Shown here in pieces: positions 9,631 to 19,580 of a DNA stretch of 64,000 bases (positions within the stretch are counted from its first letter, which is position 1; each line of letters opens with the position of its first letter). Below the pieces are notes generated by a model that saw only the letters and a list, made by a program, of their open reading frames with translations, did not search any database and was not told where the DNA came from. The stretch is taken from the IMG/VR virus record IMGVR_UViG_3300020183_000010. The stretch is one strand, 5' to 3'. A program made the translations under genes and the position numbers. The DNA comes from a virus.

Positions 9631-11945
9631 TTTTTTTTTGTTTTAGGAGCGGAAGCAAATCCTGCTACAGAATCTTTCTCTGCAAATCTTTTCCCGTTCT
9701 TTTTGCTGTTTCCGTGTGCGTCTGCGAAGTTAAAGTCGTCTTCATCCTCCATAAACTTTTTAGATTTTTCAGCTTTACCCTTAGGAGCTTTTTCTATGTG
9801 AGAATTTTTTTGGCTTTCCTTAAGAGTAGCTAAATTCATATTTTTAAGATCCTGGATAAATTTAGCTGATCCTTTTAATGATGCACTTGGTGCTTTAGCT
9901 AAATCAAGATTTTCTAAATCGTCTATGAATTTTTTTCCACTTCCACCTTTTCCTTTGCTAGGAAGATCTGCCATATTAGCAGTTTTTGATTTAACCCCCC
10001 TTCCTGTTAAAGGAGCCGATTTACCGCTCTTAGGTAAACCTGCCATAGTTCCTTTATCGTTGTTTATAAACTTAGGAGAGGATCCAGTTTTTTTGTCTGG
10101 AGCTTGGGCCATATGTTTTTTAGAGAGACTCTCAATTCTAGAATCTTTGTGAGATCCCCCTCTATTTCCTGGAGCGTTTGCAAAGTTCTGGTTAGACTCG
10201 TTTGTGTATTCTAAATCCAAGTCTGGGGCTTTAATATCGTAACGATCAATCTCATCCTCTAAATCTTCAACATCTGAGAAGAAGTATTCCCCGGTTTTAC
10301 CTTCTTTGAAAAGGATAGTATATGTTTTAGAGCTTCCGTCTACTCCAATAACTCTACCTTTGTTACCGTTTCTTTTAATTCTAACCTCTGTATCGATAGG
10401 ATAACCAAGATCTTCATTAACTGAAGGAATTTCTTTTGCTTTATTTTCAAATCTAGATATCTCTAGATTTATTTGATTCCATCTATCTTGAAGAGAAGAT
10501 ATCTCATCATGTATACTTTCTTCTAAAGCTACAAGTTCTTGCGATTTAGTAAGTAAAGGATTTTCCTTCTTAGCTATATCTAATTTTCTAAGTTGGTTTT
10601 CTAGAATTTCTACGTTTTTAATGATCTCATTTTTATCATTCTTCATAACGCTTAAGAAAGCTTGTTCTCCTTCTAAGAATTCTGTTAATGATTCAGAAAT
10701 ATCATATTTAATAAAATCTTTAATGATATTAATTGCTTGCGTTGCGTTAGCTTCGTAGATTTTGTTTAATCTCATAGCTGGATTAACTGTTTGTACATAA
10801 ATTCCAGACTCAGTTTTAAAGATATTAGCTTCTACGTTTTCGTATACCTTAGATCTTATTTTCTTTCCAAAATCTATATCAACAATATTATCAGCATTCT
10901 TAGCTACGAAGACAGCTTTATTGATTTTGTGATTAGAGCTTTCTAATAGGTTATTAGTACTAACACTAACAGCAACAGGAAGATCTGATTCATTTATTCT
11001 TTTTCCGTCAAAATAAACCTCCTTAGATTCATTAGTAAATACAATCTCTACCTTATTATTTCCTATGTTTAATGAAATCTTATTGTTATCTATTTTAACG
11101 TCTCTATCGCTAATTATTTGAGCTTGATCTGCAAGTTCGTCTGGTACTTCGTCCATGTTACATTCTTGTAGAACACCAGACTCGTGATCAATCTTCAGGA
11201 ATTTGCCAGAAGAATAAAATAATGTTTCACTTTCGTTAACCGTTATAGGTGAGTAAAGGTTGTCTATTTTACAAACATTGTTATCAAACCCAACGTGGAA
11301 CTTACTAGAGTTATCATTTTCGTAAAGAGATAAAAAGCTAACTAAATTTCTAACTAAAGGATTAAATCCAAAGCTTTTTAATCCATGGATAAGAGTGTCA
11401 CTAGATTTATTTTCAGAAAGTAACCAGTTTTTCATTTGTCCAGTAGCATCGGAAAAAAGCTCTCTCCCTGGTGCATTTTTAATGGATTCATATGCTTTAA
11501 CGACTTCGATTTCTCTTCTTCTATTTTCGAAAATAGTATTTAGATTTTCTAAAACAGGAGCTACTGAATTTTCCCAAGAGAAAGATTTAAGATCGTTAAA
11601 TAGCCCTTCGATTATAAAAGCTTCAGAAATACCTTTTCCTAATAGTAAGTGCTCGTATTTTTCAAGTAAGATCTTACCTGCTGGAAGATCTCCTAGTGAA
11701 GAATTTTTTAAAGCTGAAACCGTATTAACTAGTCCAAAACTAAAAACAACGTTGTTTTTTGGCTTTGTTGAAATGTCAGGCATTTGTGATTCTTTAAGCA
11801 TTTGAGCTGTTGAACCGCTAAGGAAAGAAGATGCAACAGGTTTTTTCTCTGACCCTAAACCAGCCCATTCTCTAAGAGAATCTGCAGCGTTTTTAGAAGT
11901 CTCCATATTTAATCTATTGATCTCTGGATTAATATTTTTTTCCAT
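9627..11945 (-). CDS. large putative head/core structural protein
   Basis: 772 aa, coiled coil, C-terminal (M/L/F)AxAP repeats, many (L/V/I)xE sites like T4 prohead protease sites; preceded by GATATATA. Confidence 0.5.
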   Translation of the reverse strand: MEKNINPEINRLNMETSKNAADSLREWAGLGSEKKPVASSFLSGSTAQMLKESQMPDISTKPKNNVVFSFGLVNTVSALKNSSLGDLPAGKILLEKYEHLLLGKGISEAFIIEGLFNDLKSFSWENSVAPVLENLNTIFENRRREIEVVKAYESIKNAPGRELFSDATGQMKNWLLSENKSSDTLIHGLKSFGFNPLVRNLVSFLSLYENDNSSKFHVGFDNNVCKIDNLYSPITVNESETLFYSSGKFLKIDHESGVLQECNMDEVPDELADQAQIISDRDVKIDNNKISLNIGNNKVEIVFTNESKEVYFDGKRINESDLPVAVSVSTNNLLESSNHKINKAVFVAKNADNIVDIDFGKKIRSKVYENVEANIFKTESGIYVQTVNPAMRLNKIYEANATQAINIIKDFIKYDISESLTEFLEGEQAFLSVMKNDKNEIIKNVEILENQLRKLDIAKKENPLLTKSQELVALEESIHDEISSLQDRWNQINLEISRFENKAKEIPSVNEDLGYPIDTEVRIKRNGNKGRVIGVDGSSKTYTILFKEGKTGEYFFSDVEDLEDEIDRYDIKAPDLDLEYTNESNQNFANAPGNRGGSHKDSRIESLSKKHMAQAPDKKTGSSPKFINNDKGTMAGLPKSGKSAPLTGRGVKSKTANMADLPSKGKGGSGKKFIDDLENLDLAKAPSASLKGSAKFIQDLKNMNLATLKESQKNSHIEKAPKGKAEKSKKFMEDEDDFNFADAHGNSKKNGKRFAEKDSVAGFASAPKTKKK

Positions 11946-12006
11946 TTGTAATTCGCTTTTTTAGTATATATCTTACTTAATTAAACTTTCTATGTATTTT
12001 TATCTC

Positions 12007-12498
12007 TCATTGAATACTCCCGCCTAAAATAACATCCACGTTTACTCTAACCGAATGCGGATTATAAAGAATCATCCCTCCATTGCTAAAAAATGGTGAT
12101 TCTATGTCGCTACCGTTCGGATCTAAGTCCCATCCCCTGTTATTCGTATATGGTGATAAATCGGAAGGATTTCCTGTTAATATAGTAAGATTTGACATAG
12201 GAAGGTATGCACCATTGTATATTATGTTTATAAATCTACTAGAAACTGGTAGTGTAGTAGGATATGATGCTTTAATCATTATAAAACAGAGTTCCCCCAT
12301 TCCCTCAGAGTTTAAAACTAGACTTGAATTTCCGTACACACATCCACTAAAACTTGAGTAATTTCCAATTTCGATGATTGTATCACAGAGGCTCATCTCT
12401 TTAATAACAGTTGTTCCTCTAATAACCTGAAGATTACATCTTTGAAAAATAGCTCCTTCAAATTGGATTGGATCACATACTAGGGGTGGTGTAGCCAT
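12007..12498 (-). CDS. hypothetical protein, paralog of adjacent 12498..13082
   Basis: Shared FQxCNLxV, LCD, LTG, GWDL, GG...NP motifs. Confidence 0.6.
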   Translation of the reverse strand: MATPPLVCDPIQFEGAIFQRCNLQVIRGTTVIKEMSLCDTIIEIGNYSSFSGCVYGNSSLVLNSEGMGELCFIMIKASYPTTLPVSSRFINIIYNGAYLPMSNLTILTGNPSDLSPYTNNRGWDLDPNGSDIESPFFSNGGMILYNPHSVRVNVDVILGGSIQ

Positions 12499-13082
12499 TA
12501 GTTAAAAATAAATATTTCTAGTTCAGCACTTTTTGAATCATTGGGATTGCTGAAAAGTATTCCCCCAAAAGAAAGATTGGGTGAAGTTATTACTGGGTAT
12601 GGCTGAGGACTAAAATCTGGGCTAGGTGGGTTATTTGAATAATAGCTAAGATCCCATCCTTGCCATGGTATTTCTGCCTCAGTTCTTCCGGTTAGCACCA
12701 TCAAGGTGTGCAAAGGATATATGTTTCCTTTGTATTCCCAGTTTAAATATCTTTCCTCTTCTACCCATGATTTTTCATACCTGACTTTAACTACTATCAT
12801 TTGCACTTCTCCTTGTGCTTGCCCAATTTCAGGAGCGGTTAACGTGTATGTTCCTAATGGACCTAAAGTTGCAGTTTTTTTACCAGATCCCCCACATCCA
12901 CCTAATTCTGAGCTTCCTAGCGATTCTAGTTTAAAATCACAGAGGGGGACAGTGGTAAGAATATTCGAACCCTCTTTTACGTCTAAATTACAAGACTGGA
13001 AATAAACCATCCTATAAACAGCAGGATTGCATTCTAGATATTTTACATACCTTTGATCTGTTGTATAAACTTTACCAATCAT
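12498..13082 (-). CDS. hypothetical protein, paralog of 12007..12498
   Basis: Shared motifs; coupled stop/start. Confidence 0.6.
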   Translation of the reverse strand: MIGKVYTTDQRYVKYLECNPAVYRMVYFQSCNLDVKEGSNILTTVPLCDFKLESLGSSELGGCGGSGKKTATLGPLGTYTLTAPEIGQAQGEVQMIVVKVRYEKSWVEEERYLNWEYKGNIYPLHTLMVLTGRTEAEIPWQGWDLSYYSNNPPSPDFSPQPYPVITSPNLSFGGILFSNPNDSKSAELEIFIFN

Positions 13083-14320
13083 CTTAAATTTAAGGGATTT
13101 GAATCCCCTAGGTTATTTCTAAGGCCTTCTCTAGAGTTCTTTACGTCGGGATTTCCCCTGAATTTATCTCTAACACTCTTTAATCTGTTCGGAACTGATG
13201 AAGGCTTATTGTATTTATCCGGATTCTCTACTTTATTCTCCTCTTTTTCTGTATCTTCTAATACTTCTATAGAATTTTCTTTTTCTTGGTATTCTTCCTT
13301 CTCTTCTACAGATTTATAATCCTCATTAGATACGATATTGACATTGTCCAGGGTCTCTTCTTTTTCTTCTATAGGATCATCAATTACTGGGGGAACTCCT
13401 TGGGTATCCTCCTTTTTGTTTAACTTATCTTCATTTTTATTAAACAAAGATATCCTATTCCATAATTTTTTAATAGAATTTTCTTTTTCTTCCATCTTTT
13501 CTTCTTTCTCTTTTTTATTTTCTTTTTCGTTCATTTCAAATGCAAAGTTAGCAGCTATTACTAAAGCAATAGCCAAAGGATCGAATACTAGCATTAGAAT
13601 TATTATGTACCAATTAACTACTCTATCAATGCTGCTGCCGGTTAATGTAGCAATATATTTTAGTGGGCCAACCTCCTTTGCTAAATCAGCATTAGAAGAA
13701 ACACCAAATTTTTGTTGCTCTATGGACGATATTCTTGTATTTTTAGATGATATAGAATCATTTAAAATTGATATCTCTGAGTCCATCCTTTTTATTTCCG
13801 AGTCAATATCTTTTATTTGCTGTCTTACTGCAGTTGTAGATTTAGACTTCTCTATAAGAACATCTTGTGTGGATTGAAGATTTGTTCTTATTGTAGTTAA
13901 TTGTCCTAGCCTATCGCTTTTTTGTTTTATCTGTGATTCGAAGTTTTTAATCTCAGTTTTTACTATATAAATATTTTTATCGAGTATTTCTATATTTTTA
14001 TCCTGGTTCTGTACTTTAAATGAGGTTTCCTGATAAGCTGAGGATAAAAATCCATATATTCCAGCGGATGTTATTATTATCAATATTAAAGTTGCAATTG
14101 AAAGGTATAATTTTAATCCAAGATTTAACTTCTTCCAGTATTGATATAAGAGTGAAGCAGTAACAAGTTTAGCAAATTCTAAACTACCTGCTAAAACCAT
14201 TACTTGTAATGATGCACCGGCAAACATTTTACCAAGTCCTGTAACGGAATAGAAAGCTGCGGATCCAGAAACAGATAATGCTGATAGGGATATTATCCAG
14301 GGCAATAATTTCTTTTTCAT
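13079..14320 (-). CDS. membrane-anchored coiled-coil protein
   Basis: Three N-terminal TM segments, long coiled coil, EVGPLKY, IIILMLVFDPLAIAL; start placed at MKKKLL just after GATATATA. Confidence 0.7.
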   Translation of the reverse strand: MKKKLLPWIISLSALSVSGSAAFYSVTGLGKMFAGASLQVMVLAGSLEFAKLVTASLLYQYWKKLNLGLKLYLSIATLILIIITSAGIYGFLSSAYQETSFKVQNQDKNIEILDKNIYIVKTEIKNFESQIKQKSDRLGQLTTIRTNLQSTQDVLIEKSKSTTAVRQQIKDIDSEIKRMDSEISILNDSISSKNTRISSIEQQKFGVSSNADLAKEVGPLKYIATLTGSSIDRVVNWYIIILMLVFDPLAIALVIAANFAFEMNEKENKKEKEEKMEEKENSIKKLWNRISLFNKNEDKLNKKEDTQGVPPVIDDPIEEKEETLDNVNIVSNEDYKSVEEKEEYQEKENSIEVLEDTEKEENKVENPDKYNKPSSVPNRLKSVRDKFRGNPDVKNSREGLRNNLGDSNPLNLR

Positions 14321-14338
14321 ACTTAAGTATATATCCAC

Positions 14339-14370
14339 AAAAAAAGACTGACGTTAATGCCAGTCTTTTT
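14339..14370 (-). terminator. intrinsic terminator
   Basis: aaaaaagactg-acgttaatgc-cagtcttttt hairpin with A/T runs. Confidence 0.6.
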
Positions 14371-14390
14371 AGTAGTATAGGTATAGAATA

Positions 14391-14894
14391 TTATTCTAAT
14401 TCAATTCCTTGCTCTGCAGCAGCTAATTGTTTTTCTAGATCTTTTAAAACAGTATTGTCTTGCTGGATAAGAACTAAGCTTTCTTCAAAAGTTTTCCAAA
14501 GAGTAATAAATGAGCTGATTTCTGAATCTCCTTTTCCTGCCCATTTCATTAAAAAGTAATGAGATGCCTCAACCTCTAGGTTTGTGAAATAAACCACTCC
14601 ACTCTTGATGCCTTCATTTTTAATAGCTTGGATTCTTTTTAGAATTTCGGTAACACCTAAAGCTTCTTTAGATCTCCACTCTACTTCCTCTTTCATATAC
14701 TGCTCGAATCTTTTTAAAAGATCCTTGTCCATTCTAACAGCATATTCCTTATCCTTTAAACTATTTTTGTAGTTTTCTAAATCTTTCTTAATGGATTCTA
14801 CCTTCTCATTATCAACCTTACTTATAAATTTTTCAAGTACTGCTTCATTTTGAGCTTCCATTACTTCTGGCTCTGATTGTGATTTTTTTCCCAT
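14391..14894 (-). CDS. hypothetical protein
   Basis: 167-aa ORF with candidate upstream promoter and downstream terminator. Confidence 0.7.
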   Translation of the reverse strand: MGKKSQSEPEVMEAQNEAVLEKFISKVDNEKVESIKKDLENYKNSLKDKEYAVRMDKDLLKRFEQYMKEEVEWRSKEALGVTEILKRIQAIKNEGIKSGVVYFTNLEVEASHYFLMKWAGKGDSEISSFITLWKTFEESLVLIQQDNTVLKDLEKQLAAAEQGIELE

Positions 14895-14936
14895 TTTAAT
14901 TTTTTATTTTATATCGGTTATTATTGAATAAGTTTC

Positions 14937-15737
14937 TTATATTCCATTAATTTCCCTGAATTTTTTGGCAAGATCTATAAATTGACCTAGATAATCTTTT
15001 AGTTCATAATCATGAACAATAAACGTTTGAATATCTGAAGTTTGCTCATTAGCGATTCTAATCCTACCTAATTTTGGTACTTCATTATATTTCTCTGCAC
15101 ACATAAACATATATGCAGATATTTGTAATTTATAGCTTAATATATCTTCCTCGTCTTTAAGTGAGGTTGATGATTTAAAATCGTCAACTATTAAATAGTG
15201 TTCTTTATTTCGGTAAACGAAGTCACACGCTCCTGCCCATCCTCCTTTAAATGTTGTATAAAGAAAAGCCTCATTATCTACTACCTCTTCTATTTCCTCC
15301 CAAAAATTAGTATGATAAAAATTCCAAAATAGATCCCTTCCCTTGTTTACGTATTTAGCATACTTTCCTTCGTCTCTCCTAGATTCCTCGATAGCAAATA
15401 TTTGTGCTTTTTTTAAAGATCTATCAACGTCACCCTCTTTTGCCCATTCTAGAAGAAATAATTCAAGCATCCGGTGCATAACTGTTCCTCTTTCTGCTGC
15501 ATCGTATAATATTTTATTCCATCTATCTTCTCCGAATTGAAGCTTTAGCGCTTCGTATTTTTCATTCTTTACTAACTTTAATATGGTTGTAACAGAGGGT
15601 AAAATTAAAGGAGCTTCACCAGCTCCTTCTACCACGTAAGCTCTCCCCCAAGGAAATGCCTGCCTATTTATTTGTATATCAGAAGATAACATTCCATAAA
15701 TATTTAATCCCTCCCATAGACCAACTAATAAATCCAA
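14937..15737 (-). CDS. PD-(D/E)XK exonuclease (start probably at MLSSD)
   Basis: PSVTTIL, RGTVMH, AGACD, DDFKSS, QISAY. Confidence 0.85.
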   Translation of the reverse strand: MDLLVGLWEGLNIYGMLSSDIQINRQAFPWGRAYVVEGAGEAPLILPSVTTILKLVKNEKYEALKLQFGEDRWNKILYDAAERGTVMHRMLELFLLEWAKEGDVDRSLKKAQIFAIEESRRDEGKYAKYVNKGRDLFWNFYHTNFWEEIEEVVDNEAFLYTTFKGGWAGACDFVYRNKEHYLIVDDFKSSTSLKDEEDILSYKLQISAYMFMCAEKYNEVPKLGRIRIANEQTSDIQTFIVHDYELKDYLGQFIDLAKKFREINGI

Positions 15738-16140
15738 ACTTATATTGAAGCCAAAGAAGAAAAAGGATTAAAATTATTCTGTAGATGATCCATCTAATCG
15801 ATAGTCTCTGGAAATATGGACTATATACTATAAGATAAGAAACCGATTCAGGAATAGGGGATATCTTTGGCATTATTACCTCCTGTAGATTTAATTTAGT
15901 AAGATATTCGTTCAAAGGTCTTGATTCCTCTAGAATATAAGCTGGTCTAATTTCTTCAGGAGAATCAGGAGAGTAAATAACCTCCGGAGGAAGATTGACC
16001 ACTGTGTATATTCTACCAATCCAATCGACTCTTAATTTAAATCTATCCCAATCTATAGATCCTATGTTTTTCTTTATAGTTCTTCTTATAAAGAAGTAGT
16101 TCCTAATGTCCGTTATAACACGTTTAAATGGATATTTCAT
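15679..16140 (-). CDS. hypothetical protein with C-terminal TM helix
   Basis: ORF with hydrophobic C-terminus. Confidence 0.65.
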   Translation of the reverse strand: MKYPFKRVITDIRNYFFIRRTIKKNIGSIDWDRFKLRVDWIGRIYTVVNLPPEVIYSPDSPEEIRPAYILEESRPLNEYLTKLNLQEVIMPKISPIPESVSYLIVYSPYFQRLSIRWIIYRIILILFLLWLQYKFGFISWSMGGIKYLWNVIF

Positions 16141-16174
16141 ATCAATTATATCTATATATTAGGAAAAGTTACAA

Positions 16175-16798
16175 TCAATCATTAAAAGTTAAATTAACAC
16201 CAGGAAACATCTCCCTAACTTTTAATCTTGCTCTCCTAATTCTTGTAGCTATAGCTCTTTTTTTCATTCCGTACTTATCAGCTATCTCTTGATATTTCAT
16301 TCTTAATATCTCCCTATCAAAAAGAATATCTTTATAAATTTCTGGTAGGTCTTTCATCTTTTCGATGACATTTTCATACAAATCTTCCATTTCGTCGTTT
16401 TCAGTTGTTATATAATCAAATTCCGCTTCTAAAGTTACAGGAGATGAGCTTATAGTTGGATATACAGATTCTTCCGATTCATCATTACTCCTTACTACTT
16501 CCTGTATAATTGGTAAATATCGATCCTCGTTCTTTTTAATTCCCAAAGATTCATTTCTTGCTATATTATAAACCCATGTAGAAAAATTACCCCTTGAAGG
16601 ATCATATTGGGATATCTTTGTCCATATCTTTGCCATAGTGTTGGAAACTGCATCCTCTGCTGATTCTTGCTCTATCAATATAGATTTACAATGATTTATT
16701 AATCCTGGTTTAATCCTTTTGTATAATTCAACGAAGTCTTTCTCCGATGATGTTCTCATAAAACTCTCTGCCAATTCCTGAATATTTTTTACTGCCAT
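16175..16798 (-). CDS. ECF-type sigma-70 family RNA polymerase sigma factor
   Basis: Region 2 AEDAVS...YDPSRGNFSTWVYNIARN; region 4 LPEIYK...MKYQEIA...TRIRRAR. Confidence 0.9.
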   Translation of the reverse strand: MAVKNIQELAESFMRTSSEKDFVELYKRIKPGLINHCKSILIEQESAEDAVSNTMAKIWTKISQYDPSRGNFSTWVYNIARNESLGIKKNEDRYLPIIQEVVRSNDESEESVYPTISSSPVTLEAEFDYITTENDEMEDLYENVIEKMKDLPEIYKDILFDREILRMKYQEIADKYGMKKRAIATRIRRARLKVREMFPGVNLTFND

Positions 16799-16811
16799 AA
16801 TTATTATTTTT

Positions 16812-17249
16812 TTAAATGTTTATTTTTTTAATTTCTATACCTGCTTCTTCGAAAAGTTTAAAAGAATCTATTTTTCTGTATGTTTCAGAATAAACTATTC
16901 TTTTTATTCCCGCTTGGATGATAAGTTTTGCACAATCAAAACAAGGGGACAGAGTGACATAGAGGGTTGAACCCTCCGCACTGTTAGTGCTCTTAGCTAT
17001 TTTAGTTATGGCATTTGCTTCTGCGTGTAAAACAGTTGGAAGTGTATTATTATCGCAGTCCTCACACTCATTGGAAAATCCAGAGGGAGTACCGTTATAT
17101 CCATCAGATATTATTTGACGGTCTTTTACAATTAAGCATCCAACTTTGTTTCTCTTACAATGAGAGTTTTCAGACCAGACATTGGCCATTCTTAAATAAA
17201 GTGAGTCTATTTTATCCTGCTTGTGATGCGGTAGGTTCTGGTTGCTCAT
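16812..17249 (-). CDS. cd: dCMP deaminase
   Basis: KVGCLIV, GYNGTP, HAEANAI, TLSPCFDC. Confidence 0.92.
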   Translation of the reverse strand: MSNQNLPHHKQDKIDSLYLRMANVWSENSHCKRNKVGCLIVKDRQIISDGYNGTPSGFSNECEDCDNNTLPTVLHAEANAITKIAKSTNSAEGSTLYVTLSPCFDCAKLIIQAGIKRIVYSETYRKIDSFKLFEEAGIEIKKINI

Positions 17250-17487
17250 CAGATTCTTGGGATTTAAGAGGTGTTACTTCTATTTTAAATCTCTCTACTA
17301 TATGGAATGTATCCATTAGTCTAAATACCCCAAGAAGATTAAGTACTTGATTTACTTCTTCCTCGGTGAAATCATTTTTTTCTTCATTCCCCAAAATTTC
17401 CAAACATTCTTTGTAGCCTCCATAGGCATTCAGAAACTCAATCACTGTAGATCTGAGCTCCTTTGTAATTTCATAAGTTTTACTCAT
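17212..17487 (-). CDS. hypothetical protein
   Basis: 91-aa ORF in operon context. Confidence 0.6.
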   Translation of the reverse strand: MSKTYEITKELRSTVIEFLNAYGGYKECLEILGNEEKNDFTEEEVNQVLNLLGVFRLMDTFHIVERFKIEVTPLKSQESDEQPEPTASQAG

Positions 17488-17548
17488 AATTTATTATTTA
17501 GGTTTTATTTTACACAAATATATTAAATCTATATTAAAAAGTAAATCC

Positions 17549-19321
17549 CTAATGAAACTTTTTTCCGTTAGGAATAACAATTAGGGGATTTTTTAACGTA
17601 TTATTCAGCTGAGTTAGTAATGTAACCATAGATTTCATGTTATCTCCTAGCTCTTTCATAGCTTTATCTTGCCCCTCACTTTTTTCTTTGTTTTCCGTTT
17701 CGTTCTGTTGTGTTCCTTCGGTTTTTACCTCTGAAGATGCCTCCGTTTTTTTGTCTTCTGTTTTATTCTGGGTAGTAGTTGGTGAAGATGTATTTGTCTC
17801 GCTCTTCTTTTCCTCAGTTTTATCAGTAGTCGGAGTATTTACACTAGATAAATTTTGTGTTGTTGTTTCTTTTATAGGCGTATTAGTGGTAGAAGTTTCA
17901 GTTTTTTTATCAGTATTTGTAGAAACTTTCTCATCCAGCTTAGTTTCTTTCTTCTCTGTCTTAGATTTATTTCCAGTATTTCCCTTTCCTTTTGTGTCGG
18001 TAGACTCTTCTTTTGGTTTTGTAAATCCTAGTTCTTCTAGGTTCTTATCTACTGCGGCACTTCCTGTTGTTATACCTTTTCCTTTTCCTTTATCTTTTTC
18101 GTCCCCACCCTCTCCTTCTTTTTTGTCTCCTTCTTTAGCCGGCATTTTTAATCCCAGCATTTCTAGTATTCCTTTATTTGATTCGCTAAGAGCTGGTGTT
18201 GTATCTTTACCTTTTTTACCTTTATTGTCCCCTGTTTTTACATCTTCCGCTTTTCCTTTGGCTTCATCTTTTTTCTCTTCCGGTTTTTTCTCCTCTAATT
18301 TTTGTTCTGCTGTTTTAACTTCAGCCCCTTTAGTCTCTTCTGTCTTTTTAGTCTCTTCTGTCTTTTTTTCTTCGACTTTTGCTTCTTCTTTTTTTTCCTC
18401 TGGCTTAGGAAGATCTCCTGTCTTTTTTTCTTCGACTTTTGCTTCTTCTTTTTTTTCCTCTATTTTAGTTTCTTCTGTTTTTGTCTTCGCCTCTTCTTTT
18501 TTTGCCTCTTGTGCAGCATCTTTTATTACATCCTCCGCTTTTTTCCCTTCTTTTTTTTCTATTAGCTTTTTTATGTTATCATCATATGCTTTTGCCATTT
18601 TGGTAACACTCTCATTGGTAAATCCTTCTGCTTCTAAAACTTTCGCTAAAGCAGAAATTATAGCCATATTTTCTGGGGTATATAAAATAGGAGCATATTG
18701 GCTAGCAAGTGTGGATTCCTTAACAGTAAAATACTGTAATAATTTAGAAAAATTATCAAGAAGTGGCTCGAATTTATTTTTTTCGTCCTTTATCTTACTA
18801 TTAAAATCGCTTTTAACATCTTCATATAAGTCAAAATTCTTTACGTCACTAATACCTAAATTGTCTACTATATCGGTAACCCTACCGTCTCTAAGTACTA
18901 GTGCATTACCTATCTTATTCTCAGCAGCTTCCTTAGACATTTCAAAAATCTCCTTGCCGTCTATACTTTCCCCCTTTTCTAATTTCCTTCTTATTTTGTC
19001 TTTATTTGATCCTCCGTCTGAATAAGCTTCCGAATAATAGATAAGGCTTGGATCATAAGCAGGATCTAATCCTTTTACGTTTTTTTCAAATGAATCGTCG
19101 TAAAATTTATTAGCTTCTTTTATAACTTGATCCGCTGATTTTTTTTTCTTTACTAAATCCTCGTCTATTTCTTTTCCTGTAGCCCTCGCAGTTACCCCGT
19201 CACTTTCGATCATTGCTTTTTCCTGTTCCTTGTATTTAGCTCTATCAAAAGCACCTTCGGATGATTTAAATACCGGAAATTCGGATCCTGTTCCCTCTTT
19301 ATTATCTTTTTCTTCTGCCAA
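17549..19321 (-). CDS. Lys/Glu/Thr-rich low-complexity protein, possibly baseplate hub / tape-measure-related
   Basis: Follows gp26/gp51-like genes; EEKK repeats; TTG start. Confidence 0.5.
   Translation of the reverse strand: MAEEKDNKEGTGSEFPVFKSSEGAFDRAKYKEQEKAMIESDGVTARATGKEIDEDLVKKKKSADQVIKEANKFYDDSFEKNVKGLDPAYDPSLIYYSEAYSDGGSNKDKIRRKLEKGESIDGKEIFEMSKEAAENKIGNALVLRDGRVTDIVDNLGISDVKNFDLYEDVKSDFNSKIKDEKNKFEPLLDNFSKLLQYFTVKESTLASQYAPILYTPENMAIISALAKVLEAEGFTNESVTKMAKAYDDNIKKLIEKKEGKKAEDVIKDAAQEAKKEEAKTKTEETKIEEKKEEAKVEEKKTGDLPKPEEKKEEAKVEEKKTEETKKTEETKGAEVKTAEQKLEEKKPEEKKDEAKGKAEDVKTGDNKGKKGKDTTPALSESNKGILEMLGLKMPAKEGDKKEGEGGDEKDKGKGKGITTGSAAVDKNLEELGFTKPKEESTDTKGKGNTGNKSKTEKKETKLDEKVSTNTDKKTETSTTNTPIKETTTQNLSSVNTPTTDKTEEKKSETNTSSPTTTQNKTEDKKTEASSEVKTEGTQQNETENKEKSEGQDKAMKELGDNMKSMVTLLTQLNNTLKNPLIVIPNGKKFH
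18358..18461. repeat. direct repeat, two ~44-bp copies 60 bp apart (EEKKEEAKVEEKKT)
   Basis: ctgtctttttttcttcgacttttgcttcttctttttttttcctct-type unit repeated on consecutive lines. Confidence 0.85.
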
Positions 19322-19358
19322 AATAATTTTTATTTATATACCTAAAAAGCCAAAAAGG

Positions 19359-19580
19359 TTATCTTTTTGGCTTTGAAAATGCGAATGCTTCTACCATTTC
19401 GCCTTGTTCTACTTTTTTATTTTCTCTTTCTATCTTTTCATTTAGCTTATCTATAAATAATTGGTATTCATAGAAGGGAAGATTTTCTAAGTGATCTATA
19501 GACAACTTAAATTCTTCCCATAGTCTAAACTTAATATCAAAGTAATTGGCTAAAGATATCTGAAATAACGAAAAGAGATC
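19359..19580 (-). CDS. baseplate hub assembly chaperone-like segment (T4 gp51-like), probably made by frameshift from the upstream gene
   Basis: LANYFDIKF...LSIDHLENLPFYEYQLFIDKL pattern; no convincing own start. Confidence 0.55.
   Translation of the reverse strand, partial: DLFSLFQISLANYFDIKFRLWEEFKLSIDHLENLPFYEYQLFIDKLNEKIERENKKVEQGEMVEAFAFSKPKR

Noticed and set aside
14937-15737. PD-(D/E)XK nuclease read as Cas4 of a CRISPR system
   Set aside because: No Fe-S cysteine cluster, array or other cas genes; it fits the common T4-like phage exonuclease.
17637-19025. 462-aa plus-strand ORF and the many other plus-strand ORFs overlapping core genes
   Set aside because: Antisense shadows of minus-strand genes (Phe/Ser/Leu-rich mirror of Lys/Glu codons) with no motifs of their own.
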